Below are positions 57,329 through 64,000 of a DNA stretch of 64,000 nucleotides, in pieces. Each line of letters starts with the position of its first letter. Positions within the stretch are counted from its first letter, which is position 1. This stretch comes from Verrucomicrobiaceae bacterium (GTDB lineage Bacteria; Verrucomicrobiota; Verrucomicrobiia; Chthoniobacterales; JAATET01), in contig JAIYAZ010000047.1 in assembly GCA_027488755.1 (NCBI GenBank), forward strand, positions 95,982-159,981, in the 5' to 3' direction. The notes below the pieces were generated by a model, which worked only from the letters and a program-made list of their open reading frames with translations, searched no databases and had not been told where the DNA came from. A program made the translations under genes and the position numbers.

Positions 57329-59260
57329 ATGTCTGACTTCGGCCCGGCTGACGCCATCTCGCTTTACAATGTGGACCGCTGGGGCGGCGGCTACTTCACC
57401 GTCAATGCCAGCGGCAACGTCGCCGTGCGCCCGGATCCCCGCGCCGCGGAGGAGATCGACCTCATGGAGCTCGTGGCTGAGGCCCGCGCCCGGGGGCTGG
57501 CGTTCCCGATGGTGATCCGGTTTCACGACCTGCTCCGCCACCGCGTCGAGACGATCAATCAGTCCTTCGCCGAGGCGATCGCCGAGCACGACTACAAGGG
57601 CGTCTATCGCGGCGTCTTTCCGATCAAGGTCAACCAGCTCCGCGAGGTCGTGGAGGAAATCCTCGACGCCGGGCAGCGCTTTCATTTCGGCATCGAGGCC
57701 GGCAGCAAGCCCGAGCTCATGGCCGCGCTTTCCGTCCACGGCGATCCCGAGAGCCTCATCGTCTGCAACGGCTACAAGGACACCGAGTTCATCCGCATGG
57801 CCCTGCTCGGCCGCAAGCTCGGCAAGACCGTCATCCTCGTCGTCGAAAAGCTTGAGGAGCTTGCCCACATCCTGCGCGTCTCCAAGACCCTCGGCGTCGA
57901 ACCCTACATCGGCCTCCGTGTGCGCCTCCTCTCGAAGGGCGCCGGCAAATGGGCGACGAGCGGCGGCGAGAACGCGAAGTTCGGCCTTTCCACCGCCGAC
58001 CTCGTCGAGGCCAGCGAAATGCTCCACGCGGCCGGCCTCGCCGCCTCCCTGCGGCTCCTCCACTTTCACGTCGGCTCGCAGGTGCCCGACATCGGCACGA
58101 TCAAGCGCGCCACGCGCGAGGCCGCCCGGTTCTACGCGAAGCTCCACAAGATGGGGCACGCCCTCGGCCACCTCGACGTGGGCGGTGGCCTCGGCGTCGA
58201 TTACGACGGTTCGCGCACGACCTTTGACAGCTCGACGAACTACTCGCTCGACGAATACGCCCGCGACATCGTCTACAGCATCGCCGAGGTGTGCGACGCC
58301 GAGAAGGTCCCGCACCCGAACATCGTGAGCGAAAGCGGCCGCGCCATCGTCGCGCATCATTCCGTGCTCGTCGTCGAGGCGTTTGGCTCGATCGAAAAAA
58401 CCAAGGGCCTGCAATCCGTCATCGCCGCGGCCGACGACCCGAAGCCCGTGCACGACATGATCGAGATTCGCGGCAATCTCGGCAGCAAGAACCGCCTCGA
58501 AAACCTCCACGACGCCCAGGAAATCCGCGAGCGCGCGCAGGGCATGTTTGACCTCGGCCTGCTCGACCTCCGCGCGAAGGCCAAGGTCGAGACGATCTAC
58601 TGGGAAATCGCCGGCAAGATCGTCGAAATGTTCCGCGGCATGCGTTACGTGCCCGAGGAGGTCAAGGAGATGGAGGTCGCGCTCGGCGACCAGTTCCTCT
58701 GCAACTTCTCGGTCTTCCAGTCCCTCCTCGACCACTGGGCGCTCGGCCAGCTCTTCCCCGTCATGCCGATCCATCGGCTCAACGAGCTGCCCGACCGAAA
58801 CGCCACGCTCGTCGACATCACCTGCGACTCCGACGGCAAGGTCAGCAAGTTCATCGACCTGCAGGACGTGAAGGAAACCCTCCCGCTCCATCGCTGGAAA
58901 GCCGGCCACCCCTACTACGTCGGTTTCTTCCTCGCCGGCGCCTACCAGGACATCATGGGCGACCTGCACAACCTCTTCGGGCGCGTGAACGAGATGCACG
59001 TCTTCCTCGATGAGGACGAGGAGAGCGGCTACTACATCGAGGAGGTTCTGCCCGGAAGCACCGTCGGCCAGGTGCTTTCCCTGACGCAGTGGGACACCAA
59101 CGAGCTGGCCCGCCGCATGAAGGCGCAGACCGACGCCGCGATCAAGGGCGACCGCCTCAAGCCGAAGGAAGGCATGCGCCTGCTCGACGACTACGAGCGC
59201 GCCCTCACCGGCTACACCTACCTGAACTTCGACGACCAGGCGGCTGACGCCAAATCCTGA
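57329..59260 (+). CDS. speA: Biosynthetic arginine decarboxylase
   Basis: Trimmed to MSDFGPADAISLYNVDRWGGGYFTVN. FPIKVNQ (PLP Lys), LDVGGGLGVDYDGS, SESGRA, ITCDSDG. 643 aa. Confidence 0.95.
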   Translation: MSDFGPADAISLYNVDRWGGGYFTVNASGNVAVRPDPRAAEEIDLMELVAEARARGLAFPMVIRFHDLLRHRVETINQSFAEAIAEHDYKGVYRGVFPIKVNQLREVVEEILDAGQRFHFGIEAGSKPELMAALSVHGDPESLIVCNGYKDTEFIRMALLGRKLGKTVILVVEKLEELAHILRVSKTLGVEPYIGLRVRLLSKGAGKWATSGGENAKFGLSTADLVEASEMLHAAGLAASLRLLHFHVGSQVPDIGTIKRATREAARFYAKLHKMGHALGHLDVGGGLGVDYDGSRTTFDSSTNYSLDEYARDIVYSIAEVCDAEKVPHPNIVSESGRAIVAHHSVLVVEAFGSIEKTKGLQSVIAAADDPKPVHDMIEIRGNLGSKNRLENLHDAQEIRERAQGMFDLGLLDLRAKAKVETIYWEIAGKIVEMFRGMRYVPEEVKEMEVALGDQFLCNFSVFQSLLDHWALGQLFPVMPIHRLNELPDRNATLVDITCDSDGKVSKFIDLQDVKETLPLHRWKAGHPYYVGFFLAGAYQDIMGDLHNLFGRVNEMHVFLDEDEESGYYIEEVLPGSTVGQVLSLTQWDTNELARRMKAQTDAAIKGDRLKPKEGMRLLDDYERALTGYTYLNFDDQAADAKS

Positions 59261-59265
59261 CCCCC

Positions 59266-60339
59266 ATGCCCCAGCGCACCGCCCTTTTTGATCGTCACGT
59301 CGCCCTGGGCGGCCGCGTGGTGGACTTCGCCGGCTGGGAGATGCCCGTCCAATACACCGGCATCCTCGACGAACACCGCGCCGTTCGCGAAGCCGTCGGC
59401 GTCTTTGACATCTCGCACATGGGCGAGTTCTTCGTCGAAGGCCCCGGCGCGACCTTCTGGCTCGACGGCCTGCTCACGAACCGCCTCGAAAAACTCGCTC
59501 CCGGCGAGGCCCAATACACCCTCCTCCTCAACCACGGCGGCGGCGTGATCGACGACCTCATCGCCTACCGCCTCGGCCCGGAAAGCTACCTCCTCATCGT
59601 CAACGCCGCGAAAATCGACGAGGACGCCGCCTGGCTCCGCGCCCACGCCCGCGACGGCATCACCTTCACCGACCGCAGCGCGGAGTTTGCCGCCGTGGCC
59701 GTGCAGGGCCCCGCCGCCCGCGCGCTTTTCGCCGCCGTCCTCGGCCGCGAACTGCCCGCCGCCCGCAACCGCGTCGAGCCCATCACCTTCGCCGGCGTCG
59801 ATGGTTACGCCGTCACCACCGGCTACACCGGCGAGGACGGCTTCGAGGCCGTGTTGCCAAACGCCGCCATCGGCGCGTTCTGGGACGCCCTCCTCGCCGC
59901 CGGCGCGAAACCCGCCGGTCTCGGCGCGCGCGACACCCTCCGCCTCGAAATGGGATACCCGCTCAACGGCTCCGACCTCTCGCCCGCCCGCACGCCGCTC
60001 GAGGCCGGGCTTGGTTTTTTCGTCGACCTTGAAAAACCCGCCTTCACCGGCCGCGACGCCCTGCTCGCGCAAAAGGCCGCCGGCCTGCCCAGCCGGCTCG
60101 CCGCGATTGCCGTCACCGACAAATCGCCGCCCATCCGCGCGCATTACCCCGTGCTCATCGACGGTGCGGTCGTCGCCGAAACCACCAGCGGGGCCCTTTC
60201 GCCGAGCCTCGGTTACGGCATCGCCATGGCCTACCTGCCCGCCGCCATGGCCAAACCGGGCCAGTCCGTCGAAATTGAAGTGCGCGGCCGCCGCTACGCC
60301 GGTAGCGTCGTTCGCAAGCCCTTCTTCCAACGCAGCTGA
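59266..60339 (+). CDS. gcvT: Glycine cleavage system aminomethyltransferase T
   Basis: 357 aa. TALFDRHVALGGRVVDFAGWEMPVQY, VFDISHMGEF, GYTGEDGFE, ARDTLRLE. Confidence 0.95.
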   Translation: MPQRTALFDRHVALGGRVVDFAGWEMPVQYTGILDEHRAVREAVGVFDISHMGEFFVEGPGATFWLDGLLTNRLEKLAPGEAQYTLLLNHGGGVIDDLIAYRLGPESYLLIVNAAKIDEDAAWLRAHARDGITFTDRSAEFAAVAVQGPAARALFAAVLGRELPAARNRVEPITFAGVDGYAVTTGYTGEDGFEAVLPNAAIGAFWDALLAAGAKPAGLGARDTLRLEMGYPLNGSDLSPARTPLEAGLGFFVDLEKPAFTGRDALLAQKAAGLPSRLAAIAVTDKSPPIRAHYPVLIDGAVVAETTSGALSPSLGYGIAMAYLPAAMAKPGQSVEIEVRGRRYAGSVVRKPFFQRS

Positions 60340-60345
60340 ATTTTT

Positions 60346-60726
60346 ATGAACGTCCCCGACGATCTCAAATACGCCGAGACCCATGAATGGATCCGCGTGG
60401 CCGACGGCATCGGCACCGTGGGCATCACCGACCACGCCCAGGCCGAACTCACCGACATCGTGTTCGTCGAGCCGCCGAAGCCCGGCGTCGTTTTTGCCGC
60501 GCACAACGCCGTGGCCGTCGTGGAATCCGTGAAGGCCGCCAGCGACATCTACACGCCCGTGAGCGGCGAGGTGGTCGCCATCAATGAGGAACTCGTCGCC
60601 AACCCCGCGCTCCTCAACACCGACCCCTTCGGCGCGGGTTGGATTTTCCAGATCAAGCTCAGCGACGCCGCCGAGTTCGACGCCCTCAAGTCCCCCGAGG
60701 CCTACCGCGCGCAGCTCTCCGAATGA
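60346..60726 (+). CDS. gcvH: Glycine cleavage system H protein
   Basis: 126 aa. [12 protein letters not shown], and the lipoyl-Lys context [18 protein letters not shown]. Confidence 0.95.
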   Translation: MNVPDDLKYAETHEWIRVADGIGTVGITDHAQAELTDIVFVEPPKPGVVFAAHNAVAVVESVKAASDIYTPVSGEVVAINEELVANPALLNTDPFGAGWIFQIKLSDAAEFDALKSPEAYRAQLSE

Positions 60727-63572
60727 GCGAGGCCGGGGTTTTCGCGCTGGGCCGGTTCAGCCGGCGTCACATCGGGCCGCAGCCCGCGGAGATCACCGCC
60801 ATGCTCGCAACCGTGGGTGCCCCCACGGTCGACGCGCTCGTCGAGGAAACCGTGCCGGAGAACATCCGCTTCCGCGCCGCGCTCCAGCTTCCCGCCGCCC
60901 GCACCGAGGAGCAGGCCCTAACCGACCTCGCGGCCATCGCCGACGCGAACCAGGTATTCACCTCCTGCCTCGGCATGGGTTACCACGGCACGTTTCTCCC
61001 CGCCGTCATCCGCCGCAACATCCTCGAAAACCCCGGCTGGTATACCGCCTACACGCCCTACCAGGCCGAGATCGCGCAGGGTCGCCTTGAGGCCCTGCTG
61101 AACTTCCAGACGATGATCTGCGATCTCACCGCCATGGAGATCGCGAACGCCTCGCTGCTCGACGAATCCACCGCCGCCGCCGAGGCCATGGTCATGGCCC
61201 ACCAGGCCGGCAAGGGAAACCGCTTCTACGTTGCCGCGGACGCCCACCCGCAGACCATCGCCCTGCTACGCACCCGCGCCGAGCCCCTCGGCATCGAGGT
61301 TGTCGTGGGCGACATCGAGGCCTTCCCCGGCGACGCCTTCGCGGCCTTCCTCCAATATCCGGCCACGGACGGCCGCATCCGCCCGCTCGGGCCGCTCATC
61401 GAAAAAATCCACGCCGCCGGCGCGCTCGCCATCGTCTCCGCCGACCTCCTCGCGCTGACGCTCATCCAGCCGCCCGGTGAGGCCGGGGCCGACATCGTCG
61501 TCGGCACCTCGCAACGCTTCGGCGTGCCTTTCGGTTACGGTGGGCCGCACGCCGGCTACCTCGCCACGCGCGACGCGCACAAGCGTCGCATGCCCGGCCG
61601 GCTCATCGGCGTCTCGCGCGACGCGGATGGAAACCCCGCCCTCCGCCTCACGCTCCAAACGCGCGAGCAGCACATCCGCCGCGAGAAGGCCACGAGCAAC
61701 ATCTGCACCGCGCAGGTGCTCCTCGCCGTGATCGCCTCAATGTATGCCGTCTACCACGGCCCCGAGGGCCTCACCGCCATCGCCCGTCGCGTGCACCGCA
61801 AGGTCGTCGCCCTCGCCGCTCTGCTCCGCCGCCTCGGCTGGACCGTGGACGAAGGCCCGTTCTTCGACACCATCCGCGTCTCGCTCGGCGACACGGCCGC
61901 GCACGACATTCTCCGCCTCTCCGAGAGCTACCGCGTGAACCTCCGCGCGCTCGACGCGCACACGGTGACCATCGCCCTCGACGAGACCACCGGTTCACTC
62001 GCCGTCTTCGGGGAAATCTTCAACCACGGCAACCCGCCCGCCTTCGAGGCCGAGGAAGGCCCTGAGGCAATTCCCGCCAGCCTGGCGCGCACCTCCGCGT
62101 TTCTCACGCACCCCGTCTTCCACCGCTACCACACCGAGAGCGAGCTCATGCGCTACATCAAGCGCCTCGAGTCCCGCGACCTCTCGCTCACGACGTCGAT
62201 GATTCCCCTCGGCTCGTGCACGATGAAGCTGAACGCCGCGGCCGAGATGTTCCCCGTGACGTGGGAAAAAATCGGCGGCCTGCACCCCTTCGCGCCGCCC
62301 GCGCAGGCCGAGGGTTACCACCGCATGTTCGCGCAGCTGGAGTCCTGGCTCGCCGAGATCACCGGCTTTGCCGCCACCTCGCTCCAGCCGAACGCCGGCT
62401 CGCAGGGCGAATACGCCGGCCTGCTCGCCATCCGCGCGTGGCACCTCTCGCGCGGCGACACCCACCGCACCATCTGCCTCATCCCGACTTCCGCGCACGG
62501 CACGAACCCCGCCAGCGCCGTGATGGCCGGCATGCAGGTCGTGGCCGTCGCCTGCGACGCGCAGGGCAACATCGACGTGGCTGATCTCCGCGCGAAGGTC
62601 GCCGCCCACGCGGAGAAGCTCGCCGCCATCATGGTGACGTATCCCTCCACGCACGGCGTGTTTGAGGCCTCCATCCGCGAAATCTGCGAGATCGTGCACG
62701 CCGCCGGCGGGCAGGTTTACATGGACGGCGCGAACCTCAACGCCCAGGTCGGCCTCTGCCGCCCCGGCGACATCGGCGCGGACGTCTGCCACCTCAATCT
62801 CCACAAAACCTTCTGCATCCCGCACGGCGGCGGCGGCCCCGGCGTGGGCCCCATCGCCGTCGCCGCGCACCTCGCGCCGTTTCTGCCCGGCCACTCGATT
62901 ATTCCGACCGGCGGCGAGCAGGCCATCGGCGAGGTCTCGCAGGCCCCGTGGGGCAGCGCGAGCATCGACGTCATTTCGTGGATGTATATTGCCATGATGG
63001 GCCCCGACGGCCTCGCCGAGGCCACGAAGGTCGCCATCCTCAACGCGAACTACATCGCCCGCCGGCTCGAGCCGTATTTCCCCGTGCTCTATCGCGGCGC
63101 GAACGGCCGCGTGGCCCACGAATGCATTCTCGACGTGCGCGAATGGAAGGACCGCGCCGGTGTCGAGGTCGAGGACTTCGCCAAGCGGCTGATGGATTTT
63201 GGGTTTCACGCCCCGACGATGAGCTGGCCGGTGCCCGGCACGCTGATGATCGAGCCGACCGAAAGCGAATCCCAGGCCGAGCTCGACCGTTTCTGCGACG
63301 CGATGATCACGATCCACGGCGAGCTCACGGCGATTGAGGTCGGCGGGCTCGACCGGACGAACAACCCGCTCAAGCGCGCGCCGCACACCGCGCGGCAGGT
63401 GAGCGCCGACGCGTGGGACCGTCCGTATTCCCGCGAGCAGGCCGCCTACCCGGCGCCGTGGCTGCGCGAGCACAAGTTCTGGCCGAGCGTGGCGCGCATC
63501 GACAACGTCTACGGCGACCGCAACATCTTCTGCACCTGCCCCTCGATCGAGGAAATGGCGGGCGAAGCGTAA
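60723..63572 (+). CDS. gcvP: Glycine dehydrogenase (decarboxylating), single-chain P protein
   Basis: Start at [19 protein letters not shown], with an ATGA overlap with gcv[17 protein letters not shown], and the PLP Lys context [16 protein letters not shown]. 949 aa. Confidence 0.97.
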   Translation: MSEAGVFALGRFSRRHIGPQPAEITAMLATVGAPTVDALVEETVPENIRFRAALQLPAARTEEQALTDLAAIADANQVFTSCLGMGYHGTFLPAVIRRNILENPGWYTAYTPYQAEIAQGRLEALLNFQTMICDLTAMEIANASLLDESTAAAEAMVMAHQAGKGNRFYVAADAHPQTIALLRTRAEPLGIEVVVGDIEAFPGDAFAAFLQYPATDGRIRPLGPLIEKIHAAGALAIVSADLLALTLIQPPGEAGADIVVGTSQRFGVPFGYGGPHAGYLATRDAHKRRMPGRLIGVSRDADGNPALRLTLQTREQHIRREKATSNICTAQVLLAVIASMYAVYHGPEGLTAIARRVHRKVVALAALLRRLGWTVDEGPFFDTIRVSLGDTAAHDILRLSESYRVNLRALDAHTVTIALDETTGSLAVFGEIFNHGNPPAFEAEEGPEAIPASLARTSAFLTHPVFHRYHTESELMRYIKRLESRDLSLTTSMIPLGSCTMKLNAAAEMFPVTWEKIGGLHPFAPPAQAEGYHRMFAQLESWLAEITGFAATSLQPNAGSQGEYAGLLAIRAWHLSRGDTHRTICLIPTSAHGTNPASAVMAGMQVVAVACDAQGNIDVADLRAKVAAHAEKLAAIMVTYPSTHGVFEASIREICEIVHAAGGQVYMDGANLNAQVGLCRPGDIGADVCHLNLHKTFCIPHGGGGPGVGPIAVAAHLAPFLPGHSIIPTGGEQAIGEVSQAPWGSASIDVISWMYIAMMGPDGLAEATKVAILNANYIARRLEPYFPVLYRGANGRVAHECILDVREWKDRAGVEVEDFAKRLMDFGFHAPTMSWPVPGTLMIEPTESESQAELDRFCDAMITIHGELTAIEVGGLDRTNNPLKRAPHTARQVSADAWDRPYSREQAAYPAPWLREHKFWPSVARIDNVYGDRNIFCTCPSIEEMAGEA

Positions 63573-63626
63573 CGGGCTCGCCCGGGCAGAGGAGACGCGG
63601 AAAAGGGGAAAAGCCGGAGGAGTGGG

Positions 63627-64000
63627 TCAGGCGGTGGGTTGACGGGGGAAATACCGCACGTGCGGAAGATCCTTGAAGTGCTCGTCCTGCGTCCAGAGCG
63701 TGGCGTCGTGGTGCCTTGCCGTCGCGTAAATGAGGCTGTCGGCCAGGGGCAGAGGATGGCGCGCCGCCTCGAGGGCCAGCGCGCCGTCGAGGTCGATCAG
63801 CCGGCCCGACTGCATGATGCTGGCGACCTGGAGGGCGTCGTTTTCGCCGCGCTCGCGAAGAACCTTCTTGAAGACTTCGTAGAGGGAAATGACCGGCACG
63901 AGAAGGTTCTCGGCGTCCTCAATCGCGGGGGCGAACAACGGGGCGCGGTCACTGTCCGTGAGGTATTCCAGCCAGCCGGAGGAATCCACGACGTTGGCGG
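63627..64000 (-). CDS. vapC: PIN-domain toxin (VapC-like); the true start is probably beyond the window end
   Basis: The reading frame stays open to position 64000 (..ANVVDSSGWLEYL..). The first acidic PIN residue sits in VVDSS, with later acidic residues in LIYATA and WTQDEHF. Confidence 0.7.
   Translation of the reverse strand, partial: ANVVDSSGWLEYLTDSDRAPLFAPAIEDAENLLVPVISLYEVFKKVLRERGENDALQVASIMQSGRLIDLDGALALEAARHPLPLADSLIYATARHHDATLWTQDEHFKDLPHVRYFPRQPTA

Noticed and set aside
59261-59265. Glycine riboswitch upstream of gcvT
   Set aside because: The spacer between speA and gcvT is 5 nt, leaving no room for any leader RNA.

Overview
High-GC (~65-70%) bacterial chromosomal window. It is gene-dense, mostly housekeeping, and probably from the PVC group (Verrucomicrobiota/Opitutales-like). 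That placement is an inference from a chlamydial-type class Ic ribonucleotide reductase, PEP-CTERM proteins and gene order, and I cannot verify it here.

Recognisable core genes:
- Replication, transcription and translation: gyrB-gyrA, tRNA-Thr-tuf-tRNA-Trp-secE-nusG, DEAD-box helicase, radC.
- Metabolism: fabF, ribBA-ribH-nusB-ftsY, nrdB-nrdA, pdxH, guaB, speA-gcvT-gcvH-gcvP.
- Envelope: exbB-exbD-tonB-like, bamA-skp, lpxA.
- Other: larC.

Accessory-looking parts:
1. 17.2-23.6 kb holds SOUL and lipocalin-like secreted proteins, two PEP-CTERM proteins and a secreted protein with two D-T-G motifs (pepsin-like). The pepsin-like gene is bracketed by a ~100-bp direct repeat.
2. 31.7-40.8 kb is a copper/silver module (copA, Cys-rich small membrane protein, YHS protein, cusB, cusA) followed by a YCII/ECF sigma pair. 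It sits where rplKA would normally follow nusG.
3. An aldo/keto reductase gene is precisely bracketed by ~105-110-bp inverted foldback repeats.
4. A GT-C membrane protein carries STT3/AglB-like motifs.
5. A membrane-anchored protein is built of ~32-aa tandem repeats.
6. A secreted papain-fold peptidase lies next to larC.

I saw no rRNA, CRISPR array, transposase or integrase. Many long ORFs in the supplied track are antisense shadows of real genes (Arg/Pro/Gly/Ala-rich, typical of high GC) and were not called. All functional calls rest on my reading of the translations. No database search was run.
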